Virus record (IMG/VR): IMGVR_UViG_3300023210_000013
Coordinates: 1-64,000 of that record
Length of the DNA: 64,000 nucleotides
Reading direction: 5' to 3' (one strand)
Source: a virus
Shown piece after piece: positions 27,801-36,304 of this stretch; within the stretch, counting starts at the first letter, position 1, and each line of letters begins with the position of its first letter. The notes under the pieces are model-generated. The model was not told the DNA's origin. It worked only from the letters and a program-made list of their open reading frames with translations, and made no database searches. Position numbers and translations under genes: made by a program.

Positions 27801-30800
27801 ACTTTTGGATTTGCATTAATTTTTGCAAACAACTCTTCTACTAACATAGGGTTGTCTACTAATGCATCTATATTTCTAGCTTTAACAGATGCAAATGCAA
27901 CAAGAACTGTTTTAGCACCTTGACCTTTTTTATCTTTTACGCTTAACTTAAGAAGTATGTCTCCATTATCTTGTACTTTTAAATCCACAAAAGAATTAGG
28001 CACACTTGCCAAATAGAATCCACTATTAAAAGAATCATTAAAGTCATAGTTGTATTTAGAATCTACAACTTTGCCATCTTTAATATTATCGTCAACTGTA
28101 TCTTTTGCTCTTTGAACAAGTTTAGAATAAAGAACTGTTCTTTCACTTTCTGATACAGCTTTTTGTTTAAGTTGTACTAAAGTAATAGCTCCACTTGGAG
28201 ATTTAACAACAGCTACATATCTACCAGTTATTGAAGCAACATAAGATAGATTTGATTCTCCACTTTCTAATTCTGATTTTTTTAATTGATCTTCAACTGA
28301 TTGTATAAATTCTACTTCTTCATTTACATTTTCTATATCTGTAGTATAATTTGTAGATATACTACCATCTTTGTTTTTAGTATTTGTAATAATTATAGTA
28401 TTACCATCAAAGGTTCCATATACTAAATCATCTAAACTTTTTGCTATACCATCAAAACTAAATTTACCTTGCGTCAGCTTTAGTTCAGTATTTGTTTGCT
28501 CTTGGAATTCTGCCAATGTCATAGTAGCATTATTTTCCATAGCATCTAACTTTCCTGTAAGAGCTGCTTGTTTTATAACTTGAGATTTTAAATCTTCTAT
28601 GCTTGAACCTTCTGCTAAAATGTATGCGTTTAAATTATTATCAGTAAACTCATTTATACTAATGCTTTTTCCGCTTTTACCTTTAAAGCTAAAATGATTA
28701 TTTCTTACAAATGCAATAGAACCATCCCAACCAGCAGGATATAAGTCAGCAACTTTTTCTGCTGCTTCTTGTGACAAACTAATTTGCACCATATACTTAT
28801 CTCCATTTTTAGAAATAAATGGATTCTCTGGTTCTACACCTAACTGATAAGATGTTCCATCTTTAGGTATATTTAAAACTACCCTAACTATAGACTCATT
28901 TAATTCTTGCTCTGTAAGTCTTTCTAATATTTTTTGTAATCTTGCTTCAGCTTCCGCAACAGTTTCTCTTAAACCTGTTGTTTCATTATTCATTTGTTTA
29001 GCATAGATACCATTAATATCACGGTGATCTATCTTAGTCATGTTAGCAGAATACTTTACTTCAGCAACTTTAAGTTGTTCTTTAGTATATAAAGTATTAA
29101 ACCCTGCTTCTTCTACATAAAAAATAGATTCTAGTTTATCATTTTTAGATGCATCTAATTTTTCAAATGGAATTAATTTTAAAAGATTGCCTTTTTTAGT
29201 AGAGCTTTCTGTTCCAAGTACAATGTATTTGTTTCCATCAACATCAACTACCTCATCACCATACTTTATTTCTTGACCATCAAAGTTGTAAGCTTGCTCA
29301 CTAGGAACTATTTTAAGAAGTCTTTCCCAAGCACTCCATGCTTTGTCCATTTCATCTTGACTAGCACCGTAAGAGTTTCTAGCATTAGCTTCATCTAGAA
29401 ATGTTTGAGGTAATGTTTTACCTTTATTATCTACTATACTATATATGAAATCAGGTTCATTTGATCCTTCTTGGTAAACTGTTCTTTTTACAATGTTAAC
29501 ACCCGGTCCTAGTTGAGCTACTTTAGTAGTATTAGTGTTTACTATAGATTCTAAACCTTGTTCAGACTCAGCAGTAAATATACTTGAATCAATACCACCT
29601 AATGCTAAAAGGAATTTTACTGGTTTACTTTCAATAGATTCAGCAACCCAAGCTTTAAAACCTTCTTCAGCATTATAACTTTCTCCTTGTTCATCAAGTG
29701 TTTTAAACCACAGTCTTTTAAGACTATCTAAACCATTGACAGCATTATTACCTTCTGTAGAGTTTAACCATTCTTCTAAGGATACAATTGAATTACCCTC
29801 ATTAATATTTTTAATTTTATAAGAAGCATACATTTGCTCCAAGACATCCTGTGATACAGGAGATTGTCCTTCTAAAAGAATATTTGCATCAGGGGCACTG
29901 TTTATATCTTTAAAATCAGATTCATCTAAATTAGTTTCAACAGCATCATCAAAATTATCTTTTGACTTAGGTGCTTCAGTAGCTTTCTTTTTAGGTTTAT
30001 CAGTTTTTACTTCTTCTTCTTTTACTTTAAATCCAGAAGTCTCCTTGTAAATACTTATAAGAGCATTTATTTTTTCAAATATTTCTTTATCTATTTCAGG
30101 ATTAAGTACACCTTTAGCTGAAATAAATTGAGTTATTGATGTAACATCACGCGTTTCTATAAAAGCTTTAAACTGTTCATCACTTATTACAATACCTAAT
30201 TGTTTAAGTTGTTGAAGTAATATATTAGCATGCTCATCTGCAACACCAGCTTCCATATTTTTTTCAAATATATCTTTGGCCTTACTATATAAAACTTTAA
30301 ACTGATCACTTAATCTATCTACTAAATCTAAAACTTTTTCAGGGTCTCCAAATAAAGCAACTGTTCTATCAAACAATTGAGATCTTGTATCTAAGTTATT
30401 ATGATCAAGAAGTTGAGCTAATACTTTGTCTACTTCACCTCTTTTAATATAACCGTTTTTATTATTACTTCTAGCACCTAGTACTTTTAAATAATTAATT
30501 AACGGAGTTCTTAATTTATTAGATTTACTTCTATCATATACTTTTGAATCTTTATCATATATACTATCTAAAGCAACTTTATATGTTAATAGACTTGTAA
30601 GTAATTTTTGTTTTTGCTTAAGGTCTTTAGTTGTAAGCTTATCTTTATTATCAGTATCCTGTAGAGTTTTTATCTCTTTCATTAACATGACTACCTCTTG
30701 ATCAATAGTATCACTAGTTAGTAGTTTAGTTAAGTCACCTGCTTGAAGATTACTTAATACATCAGAAGATTCTAAAGCTGCCTCTAGACCAAATCTTCTT

Positions 30801-33178
30801 GCGTTAGCCATTTTAAATTCATTCTTAGCAACTAAATAAAGAAGTCTAGCATGTTCTATAGCATTATGTTTTATCCTAGAATCATTATATTCTTTGGTAT
30901 CTTTATCATATTGCTCATAGTTTTCTGGGTTTCTTATTACATCAAAAGAATCATTATATTCTTTCTCTTGTACTTTCATCCCATCAATAGACTTTTGTAT
31001 TTTTTCTCTTACATCAGATATATCTTTTGCAGAGTCTGGATAAAGTTCTTTAAGTTCTTCATCTTTTAAACCTAGTAAGTCTTCTAGTTGTTCTACATAC
31101 AAACCTGTTGCACCCGCAGTCATTAAAAAATGTCTGTGTTGAAATGCAGCTATATCTTTTGCATCTTGAAAACCTAAATGATCATCTTCTAAAAGACTTC
31201 TTTTTGTTTGTTCATCACCTTCTTGTGCTTGGAATAAAGAAAGATTGGTAGGATTAAAATAATCAAAAGGATTGTCTTGTATATCATCTCCTATTTCATT
31301 TATTATTTTAATATACTTTTCTTTATTTTCTTGATATTTTTTATACTGTTCAGGGTTTGTCTTTTTTTGATATATTTCAGGAAGAACTTCAAACATTGCT
31401 CTTTGAGGTCCTTGCACAATACCACCCATTAAAAAACCAGACATAAAAACATGAGCACCTTCAGCACTCATTTGACTATTAAAACCGGCTTTCATAGCGG
31501 CCATCTTAGCATCTGTCTTTAAAGCTAATGGATTTTCCATTAAAGTTCTATGGTAGTCTACAACACCAACTTGAACTCCTTCTTGATATACTTCTTGTAA
31601 ACCTTCTCCAATACTTGCTGCAGAATACCTTAGTAAACCAGCACCAGTATTTTTTAATGTGGTTCTAGCACCTAAAGCTTTAAGTCTTTTAATGTTTAAA
31701 AAGTTACCCATTAAGGTTTTAGGAGTAACATCAGTATATAAACCTTTGCTTAATCCACCACCTTTAGTTCTAACTCCTTTAGTTCTAACTATATTTTTTG
31801 CAAAACCAGGAAGCTTATCACTAAAGATTCTTCTTAACGTAGGAGAAAAACCTTTTAAAGCTGTTCCAAGTACAAGCTTGTTAGTTAAGAAAATAGCAGG
31901 AGCATTTAACCATAATGTTTCAGTAGCTCCTTTTAAAGCATCTGTGTTAATTTCTTCTAACTGTTCTCTTGTTAGATCACCGCCTCCATTTTCTTCTGAC
32001 TTAATTCTTACACCTTCAGCATAAATTTCATTAAAAGCAAAACCAGCTTCCATTTTACCTTCACTCATTGCAAAGTTAATTGAACGCATGTCTCTGTAAA
32101 AAGCTCCAAATCCTTTAGACATTTTAGCTACAGAAGTAATTCCATTTGCTGTATTTTCAGCAGACTTCATTGCTTTTATAGCAGCCATTGTTTCAGGTGC
32201 AAAGACTGTTCCTGCTAATCTAAAAGGTGCAGCACCTGCAGCTCTTATTGCAGTAAATGCATCACGCGCAGATTCAACAGCTCTAATAGAATCTAATATT
32301 GATCCACCAGCTTTAACAGCTTTAGTTACATCAAATAGATTACCCATTGTTTTAATACCTCTAACAAAATTTCTACCGGTACCTGCTAGAAATGCACCAA
32401 TACCTGCAGGTGCTCCAACACCAGTTGAACTTAAAGCAGCAGAACCAGCAGCTAATGCTAATTCTTCAGCTGCAATAGAACCTAATATACCAAATGTATA
32501 TCCTGTTTGTAAAAATAAATTTGCGGCACCTCCACCAAATCCACCTCTTGTACTACTACCCATTCTATTAGCTTCTGCAAACTCATAAGAAGATTGATAG
32601 TCTGCATCCATCCAATAATTATCATCATCAAATAAATCTCCAATAGCTCTATAGCCAGACATAAAACCTGAGCCTAAACCATCTGACCAATAAGGTACTT
32701 GTCTAGTAAAAAATTCTGCTGTAGCTGAACTATTTTGATTATAATATTTTTCATTATCCCTTAAAGGATTATAACCTAATTCATCAAATTTATAATGATC
32801 TCTTACCCTGTCAAAACCTGAACTTTTAGCTCCTGAGATTAAAGGTTGTTCATACAAAGGTTCATTACTTACACCTTGCATGTAACTATTAGGATTATTA
32901 AAAACTTTACTAAAATTATCAAAACTACTTTCAGGTGTATTTTTAATCCCCACATTAGAAGGAATTAAAAGATTTACTGTAGGTACAATATCTTGCATTG
33001 TGCGTTTGAATTCATCTGCAACTTGATCATCATAATCAGCAGGGAAATCAAACAACTCATCTATAGGTTGAAACTCAAAATTTTCAGGATTCCAAGTTTC
33101 AGAAATAGTTGTGTTGGGAGATACTTGGGTCTGAGCTGCTTCTGGAACAGTCAGGCCGTCTTGATTTTTTTGTTCCAT
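18893..33178 (-). CDS. virion-packaged DNA-dependent RNA polymerase polyprotein (crAss-like) with internal zincin metallopeptidase
   Basis: RIPSQ...GADFDIDK catalytic loop (DFDID at 21854-21868); YHEAFH...EEYMADEF (26258-26476); hydrophobic G/A-rich N-terminal segments. Confidence 0.9.
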   Translation of the reverse strand: MEQKNQDGLTVPEAAQTQVSPNTTISETWNPENFEFQPIDELFDFPADYDDQVADEFKRTMQDIVPTVNLLIPSNVGIKNTPESSFDNFSKVFNNPNSYMQGVSNEPLYEQPLISGAKSSGFDRVRDHYKFDELGYNPLRDNEKYYNQNSSATAEFFTRQVPYWSDGLGSGFMSGYRAIGDLFDDDNYWMDADYQSSYEFAEANRMGSSTRGGFGGGAANLFLQTGYTFGILGSIAAEELALAAGSAALSSTGVGAPAGIGAFLAGTGRNFVRGIKTMGNLFDVTKAVKAGGSILDSIRAVESARDAFTAIRAAGAAPFRLAGTVFAPETMAAIKAMKSAENTANGITSVAKMSKGFGAFYRDMRSINFAMSEGKMEAGFAFNEIYAEGVRIKSEENGGGDLTREQLEEINTDALKGATETLWLNAPAIFLTNKLVLGTALKGFSPTLRRIFSDKLPGFAKNIVRTKGVRTKGGGLSKGLYTDVTPKTLMGNFLNIKRLKALGARTTLKNTGAGLLRYSAASIGEGLQEVYQEGVQVGVVDYHRTLMENPLALKTDAKMAAMKAGFNSQMSAEGAHVFMSGFLMGGIVQGPQRAMFEVLPEIYQKKTNPEQYKKYQENKEKYIKIINEIGDDIQDNPFDYFNPTNLSLFQAQEGDEQTKRSLLEDDHLGFQDAKDIAAFQHRHFLMTAGATGLYVEQLEDLLGLKDEELKELYPDSAKDISDVREKIQKSIDGMKVQEKEYNDSFDVIRNPENYEQYDKDTKEYNDSRIKHNAIEHARLLYLVAKNEFKMANARRFGLEAALESSDVLSNLQAGDLTKLLTSDTIDQEVVMLMKEIKTLQDTDNKDKLTTKDLKQKQKLLTSLLTYKVALDSIYDKDSKVYDRSKSNKLRTPLINYLKVLGARSNNKNGYIKRGEVDKVLAQLLDHNNLDTRSQLFDRTVALFGDPEKVLDLVDRLSDQFKVLYSKAKDIFEKNMEAGVADEHANILLQQLKQLGIVISDEQFKAFIETRDVTSITQFISAKGVLNPEIDKEIFEKINALISIYKETSGFKVKEEEVKTDKPKKKATEAPKSKDNFDDAVETNLDESDFKDINSAPDANILLEGQSPVSQDVLEQMYASYKIKNINEGNSIVSLEEWLNSTEGNNAVNGLDSLKRLWFKTLDEQGESYNAEEGFKAWVAESIESKPVKFLLALGGIDSSIFTAESEQGLESIVNTNTTKVAQLGPGVNIVKRTVYQEGSNEPDFIYSIVDNKGKTLPQTFLDEANARNSYGASQDEMDKAWSAWERLLKIVPSEQAYNFDGQEIKYGDEVVDVDGNKYIVLGTESSTKKGNLLKLIPFEKLDASKNDKLESIFYVEEAGFNTLYTKEQLKVAEVKYSANMTKIDHRDINGIYAKQMNNETTGLRETVAEAEARLQKILERLTEQELNESIVRVVLNIPKDGTSYQLGVEPENPFISKNGDKYMVQISLSQEAAEKVADLYPAGWDGSIAFVRNNHFSFKGKSGKSISINEFTDNNLNAYILAEGSSIEDLKSQVIKQAALTGKLDAMENNATMTLAEFQEQTNTELKLTQGKFSFDGIAKSLDDLVYGTFDGNTIIITNTKNKDGSISTNYTTDIENVNEEVEFIQSVEDQLKKSELESGESNLSYVASITGRYVAVVKSPSGAITLVQLKQKAVSESERTVLYSKLVQRAKDTVDDNIKDGKVVDSKYNYDFNDSFNSGFYLASVPNSFVDLKVQDNGDILLKLSVKDKKGQGAKTVLVAFASVKARNIDALVDNPMLVEELFAKINANPKVVVYNKTVPNKVNLSGDSMTVVFDTTATAQEMIEKTVTDIDPRVRHSQKMYFNFTGNLTEVEEIIPGPKEKPVSEFDEFVETGKVSEATLENLATKIQNAGPLTPQEAAIFEANTGLINQILVDRKAQQDAGPINKEVNPNQKYEDALANVEQQIKDLRSEDGSIQTKDLKKFKALQAELVIAKQNSYRGNTEGVVSIRVEGGVLVGQEAVEAENSIEDYIAVVEKSVASGKITKEVGKDMIMKYLGSDSRYKFYMNELDLLERYVRDRLDSSIPTVGNNKDKFQVWRQGNKIAAETQKNESEQTLEEQITTLEKQKKVLESEINTRAKAEGLNRYNLKQESEEYKNITSKIKELKAQRKNAFKIVDTQESISEDLKIDEFISWAQNNLPGFITVKDINEVKDRLKANGFTAGKFVMSLRNLSGGLQGEGTIYTSPSTLIAYHEAFHAVFRMLLTDKEQSNLLRIAKGELLSKLGSQEALDEALGKFKGLNPLYGDMNAKRLEREYLEEYMADEFAKFKQNPRSTKTSSTIKSFFNRIVEWIKRSLKRFKGKSDLLNVFENIDSGKYRGSSIQENFYTRDVEGDVTIEALKAIPYESISGEVFASELYLDPATADILIRTIANTYAERIDERNEKVNAQKVQALADKFSGKETEQEEIDKIYIGSVLADYADLYNPGNAQYSGENLSDSQADKLEQIYQALELNDGEAIIKEVEDYLELFQIKTEREEEEIDELEQSVGSRSTSQYGMESQEVGIKPSQRVKLFISSTTIDSTDMFGNTELLNGEKIKVHANYVDAHTGLMLAAMNQTSHFEILKRMYYHSRRSVNTSAVIDRFLNTVGITDSNTTMEDVIESGALPTEVKDSKLYHDFIKTYQNSRFGYNFHLKDPVTGKALIISATQSDAANAQIDAWKKFHGDKFENYKSNPETLTKALQVMRTLQGVLGKSNMTNKDIRLQAEYLSQAIYEAIGVSFSRGYLEVSIISALKNKSTNFQREMALIGSDSNLITKEDAEQFVNRLDVTQVIKGTKKRQPAPENLFVDDAGKGMSTRLNKLALGNANFDEAIGATVFVDVNGKLIYAHQKQTFHSNRIKQLNDVDFLETLEETTPFLSNNLLLNNPAFIQMAADNELVIERNSGTRITDLTEDKIDNLSEAAMTDEASAYGEMTSKEFVTMLIDMYTASYNTTSETNSKITYIEDGLEVTKAIAPVLLRIMEASNTNDMVKLPIIQTVNDKSGEGIGKYSILPNTVNLTINEIEREYNAIKENFKEGIEGPQGILGYNDVESTRPDKGRGFKFFKTAWLMDKATQDTLIEKAKKGEAFDSSGFDKGGSIVKGLESLVDEFASLAKDENIARQLSADESNTQFQGISLLARGFFPKSKKALRAKQELGLDNSTQIVNIAQIVLSNYLNTMAINQLILGEEARLFKDAFVDPIKRAKMQNRAITPVETTVVDPAKGIYHTLGEGSISMILVEDDLFEQRFTDGAQPGNRGGEKTDAQTYYTAKGARYFAFGLAELNDAYVELMDKVDAGVEITSEEWFGKNGYLKQNAVLNSKKYVYGDGNVFDKMSTTPLTKQETSDVVNGKRVAKQGMEQLNAAREMLEEFERNNPEKIAFLVPVSASKMFKQKVQTLARLSETNNPLTLDDITPLNAKDFGLQQVNPSNKTKVTLPNQIKTIVTSEQSDDETVLLNGKEVPVGYIRKEYHRLTGAGIKFEFSQKKDLMFETIQNLDNDIIDTMVENGEVAPSYATFLRTAQANLKSSAAGSNQIEFFTDENGTNKYELNQPLAIKKFEQFFLSYFSQGVLQEKVEGHALALKSSFGKSVIRKVYSLDAEGNLDKQEVVRRKAYVKSGNAKITIDLREPNGFELLAEALKTNPEGVTVIDRLRVDLVEYVTEGDPSTWVATNERYAEGIVPAHYKEVMDLIENGTGRMPAAVAKMFAVRIPSQDKHSSLNVRIVDFDPVYLGSTAVFPEELVEVSGADFDIDKVFTHVKEWYVKNKQFIEYGRANVSEEESFGDYIVYQNKLTGKKGSYLYDALYKFETTRPSLSRVLDPEVKEELIKKFGFTADTLDALTTLNLPRTFAEYKQYKKDYKTEPYKGAINNQLLDLKTALQGNKGMTESVNGQKPVAYQPADVVALKAEVDNLFRQFPQLAELSKEDLPIDSLPGQFYTHVNVKQNSNLIGAVVPRNVVINFLKETEVILNPKWGSLDINGINYDRFETNVKNEETRAQYLLSALITAATDDAKERILSKLGFNKASIGVVETMIGLGVSLHTATMFVNVAAIRQAMKDPMTAKSEIKGALKELQVKEGTQVKVTDVTLAAGVNANATDEELYSIYETILDFMDVKKFIDNMIPIFNLNTGFGQDFISLNEKDNAIKTLGLYLDDKEFKKIIRPFDMRSAIKEHYVGDLLEVYNEFSTEVLPKVFLSRTEDFKKIYAGVEGYTKKSASAQVMDGISKNLLTYLTMKSYMHRVFNSDEAAAAIGGSLSNEFIYGNAETKFNANTIFEELREKHEGTSNYFLDYYLFSNPADSKTNTTGLNLIQSRSFGKLSANEKLRIQNGFHQLYGQSDTRADAVNIIHYAMVKDGLQYANGSIIDSLVPFIMENYLDSATDAVQAFQGKKSYESVFGVSLQELQDEFVNNYGESAINSRNIAVFSKDFISGPKAPHSYEETIFEDNLTYTRTSDEKPQYPFSLFISKTDINADQTRTTSYYKLVRANDFKKSGKGLGVTLMPSALNGRVEADSVVYEKIELKGAYKQNAIGFMFNTENFNRPTLAELREFSKDDYYGVNFDDIEGLDEIDNVDFDNVDFSGAEKANDKMSNFANTNRIATEENIDIDGVNIADATARPEEVNDPTDKLLSFISNKGLSKGIELTEKDQEKMDAIMSQIEEVDVDDPGTQLELDLGMTDGDSEIIQFFYDYINKNKENKEILKAAGIGTTQDGFIKSFKLSNFETIKEFLVDQGCRIKL

Positions 33179-33182
33179 AATA

Positions 33183-36100
33183 TTACTTACCTTGAATAAT
33201 TGATGGTTTTATTCTTTTTTGTTCTTTCAAATTTTTTGCACTAAGATCAGCTAAAGACGCTCTATAGTTTGCTACTATTCTATCTACTTCATTAAGACCA
33301 GCAGGTTGCCCTTGCTCATTTCTAATTAGTTGAATAGGTTGCTGTCCCATTTTTTCAAATAGACCCGTTGTAGCATTAACACCTAACATCTCCATAGAAG
33401 AATAAAAAGCACCATCTTTATTGAATACTCTAAATGATCCTGCATTTTCTTTATACATGTCGTAAAGATAACTTTTATCTGGAGACATTTGAATTTTTTG
33501 ATTAACAGAAGAGAAATTATATTTGTCTAAGTTTAAATCTACTACAGCATCTGACTGTGGAAACATCATTGTTATTTCACTATACTTTTTAATTCCAGCA
33601 GCACTCTGAAGTCCAACTGGAGTTTTTGCTGCAGTTGATGCAAAGTCTTTTAAATACTGATCAGTATAAGTAACTTTCATTCCTGACATTATTGTACCAT
33701 CTTCTAAAGTTTTTACTACAGGTCTCATTTCAATACCCATAGAAAACTTTTTACTAGCAGCTGCTTTAGGATCTAATAAATATCCTCTAATATCTCTTAA
33801 ACTTTCACCTAGTATTTGATTAGCAGTTACATCATTTGTCCCATCTAATTCTTCATCTGATAATCCAGATGGAGTAATTATTTTTTCTCCTGGAGCATTA
33901 AATTGATCCACTAAGTTTTTAAGATCTGTATATACTTCTGGATTAACAGCTATAGAATTTATACTAAATGTACTTTTTGTACCACCATATGTATATAAAT
34001 TTGAAGCATTCATATCATCTAGTTGAACACCTCTAAAATAAGCATCAGCAGATAGTGGTTGAAATAATTTATTTTCAGGATCTAATCCTTGTGCATTATA
34101 TGATTCATTTAAAGTAGAATTTAAAACTTGTCTTTGTTGTGCATAATATTTTTTAGCATCTTCTCTAGCTTCATTTTCTACAAATATTGTATCACCCCAC
34201 ACATACTCATCAATTTTTTCATCCATATAATCTGCAATTCCAGGGAATATTGTAGCAGCCTGATATGTGTTATTACCTTTATCATCTCTTCTTCCTCTAC
34301 CTTCTATATAATCCGCATCTTTAATTGAACCTTTTTTGGCTTTTGCTATATAGCGTTCAATAAATTCTTCTTCTTCTAAGACTGTTCCATTATTAACAAT
34401 TTCAGGTACTCCAGCATCTGTAGCAGCTTTAGTGCTAAGACTAGATATTGTTTTAGAAGCATCCCAATTCTTTTGAATAGTTTCTTTACTTACTTTATCC
34501 CAATGTAATAATTGATCAGTTTCTCCTGCTATTCTATCACTAAGTTGAACTAAACTGTTATAACCAGGTGATGTTAAAACTCCAGGATTTGTTTTATTAA
34601 GTTCAGTTAATTCACCAAAACTTTTCTTGTAAAGATTTTCTAGTTCTGCAGCGTTCTCAGGTTTATTAAGTAATTTTGTAATTTGTTTTATATTACCTGT
34701 TTCTGTTTTACCGTTTATCTCAATACTAATAATACCTGTCTGCTGTGCAACAGGTAAATCAGATTGTTTCAATTCAAATAAAGACGTAATAAATTCTGGC
34801 TTCTTTGCATTTACAGAAGCTTCTTTTTTGCGTAAGTCTTCTGCATTTCTTGCTAATGGATCTTCTATCTCTTCTGTGCTTTCAGCAATTGTAGAACCTC
34901 CATCAGGTCCTGTCACTCCATCAAATATAGAAGCAGCAACAAAAGCAGGATTAATTATTTCACCTTTTTTATTTACGTTACCTTCTATTTTTCCTTTTAG
35001 TATAAGTTCATTTCTTCTATTAGAACTTGCATTGTTATCTCTAGCTAAATTATACTGATGTTGTATTTGCATTTTGGTATAAGGATTCTCCATTGATATA
35101 GTTTGAGAATAATCTCTTTTACTATATGATGTAGCCGCTCCTAAAATGTCACTGCTTAGATTATAATTCATAAGCATGTTGTAAGCAAAGTTTAGTGCAT
35201 CAGTATTTTCATCTGCTTCACCCATTCTTTGCAAGTCTCCTTCATTTCTTTTTAGTGCTTCATCTGAAGTTTCAAAAGCCTCAAAAGCTTCAAGCATTGC
35301 TTTATGCTCATCACTATCAGGTATAATACCTTCTTCCTTTTCATAACGTTCCCAATTTTGTTTAGCTTGTAAAGCTTTTTCAAATTGATTTCTAAGAATA
35401 GGATTTGCTTTTTCATTTCTAGCTCTTAAATCTTCTAAAGTACTTTGAGCCCAAGCGTTCTTTCCTTCTCCAATACTGCTGTATTGTCCATTTTTAAAAC
35501 CAATTTCTGCATGATTTCTTGCAGAAACAAAACCGCTTGTTCTATAAGCATCAATAACTTTAGGATCTTCCATTAAGGTTTTCATCAAAAAGTTATAAGC
35601 ACCAGGTACTTGAAGAGAACCATTCTTTTGTCTTATGATAAAAGGATCACCTTTCTTAACTGGTAAATCCATTTCAACATCTTCAAAACCAGCATCCTTT
35701 AGAATCTTCATTGACATAGTTTCTAAGTCTACATTCTCTACATAAGTAGGTAAACCTGCTTTTAAAGCATCATCTCTATTGTCATTTTTGAAATCTTCCA
35801 TTTGGTAATTCATTGCCTGAATACCTGTGGCCCAATATTTTTTTCTTTCTTCAGCACTAGCAGATGCTTTTAAAGAACCTGCTAATTGCATATTTCTTTT
35901 ATACTGAGAGGTAAAAACCAAATCTTTAACTATCAAGTCATCCTCATAAAAAGGTTTGAATAAGGATTGAGCAGAGTCAACATTTTGACGTATGGATAAA
36001 TCCATTCCTGATAGCTTCTCTATTCTAGGGATTAGTTGTTCAGTATATTGATTTCTTGCATCTATTGTGTCTTCTCTTGACATATCTGCATAAACAACTT

Positions 36101-36245
36101 TACTGTATTGATCACTCAACTGTTTATAGTTAGTGTCAAAACGGTCTTGTCTGGTGTCTAAAACAGCAGACATGAATTTATAATCCGGAGTAAACGGTGT
36201 TGTTTCTCTTTCATATCTTTGATATCCTGGTACGTATGTTGCCAT
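33183..36245 (-). CDS. virion cargo/ejection protein
   Basis: 1020 aa, Cys-free and helical, MATY..G...PFTPDY N-terminus, immediately upstream of the vRNAP gene. Confidence 0.65.
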   Translation of the reverse strand: MATYVPGYQRYERETTPFTPDYKFMSAVLDTRQDRFDTNYKQLSDQYSKVVYADMSREDTIDARNQYTEQLIPRIEKLSGMDLSIRQNVDSAQSLFKPFYEDDLIVKDLVFTSQYKRNMQLAGSLKASASAEERKKYWATGIQAMNYQMEDFKNDNRDDALKAGLPTYVENVDLETMSMKILKDAGFEDVEMDLPVKKGDPFIIRQKNGSLQVPGAYNFLMKTLMEDPKVIDAYRTSGFVSARNHAEIGFKNGQYSSIGEGKNAWAQSTLEDLRARNEKANPILRNQFEKALQAKQNWERYEKEEGIIPDSDEHKAMLEAFEAFETSDEALKRNEGDLQRMGEADENTDALNFAYNMLMNYNLSSDILGAATSYSKRDYSQTISMENPYTKMQIQHQYNLARDNNASSNRRNELILKGKIEGNVNKKGEIINPAFVAASIFDGVTGPDGGSTIAESTEEIEDPLARNAEDLRKKEASVNAKKPEFITSLFELKQSDLPVAQQTGIISIEINGKTETGNIKQITKLLNKPENAAELENLYKKSFGELTELNKTNPGVLTSPGYNSLVQLSDRIAGETDQLLHWDKVSKETIQKNWDASKTISSLSTKAATDAGVPEIVNNGTVLEEEEFIERYIAKAKKGSIKDADYIEGRGRRDDKGNNTYQAATIFPGIADYMDEKIDEYVWGDTIFVENEAREDAKKYYAQQRQVLNSTLNESYNAQGLDPENKLFQPLSADAYFRGVQLDDMNASNLYTYGGTKSTFSINSIAVNPEVYTDLKNLVDQFNAPGEKIITPSGLSDEELDGTNDVTANQILGESLRDIRGYLLDPKAAASKKFSMGIEMRPVVKTLEDGTIMSGMKVTYTDQYLKDFASTAAKTPVGLQSAAGIKKYSEITMMFPQSDAVVDLNLDKYNFSSVNQKIQMSPDKSYLYDMYKENAGSFRVFNKDGAFYSSMEMLGVNATTGLFEKMGQQPIQLIRNEQGQPAGLNEVDRIVANYRASLADLSAKNLKEQKRIKPSIIQGK

Positions 36246-36249
36246 AATA

Positions 36250-36263
36250 CTAAATTACTAAAA
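36250..36263 (-). promoter_or_regulatory. possible phage promoter motif variant
   Basis: - strand TTTTAGTAATTTAG immediately before ATG 36245. Confidence 0.35.
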
Positions 36264-36304
36264 TTTATTAAGTTTTAAAAACTTTATTTATACACTTTTT
36301 AGGT

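Noticed and set aside
8187-33178. Introns or inteins in the RNR or vRNAP genes
   Set aside because: The RNR subunits are contiguous and compact. The vRNAP has no internal Cys and no visible HN-[CST] splice junction or LAGLIDADG motif.
13921-35058. Many 60-120 aa + strand ORFs opposite the cargo and vRNAP genes
   Set aside because: Antisense shadows with S/L/F-rich composition, no leaders and no motifs.
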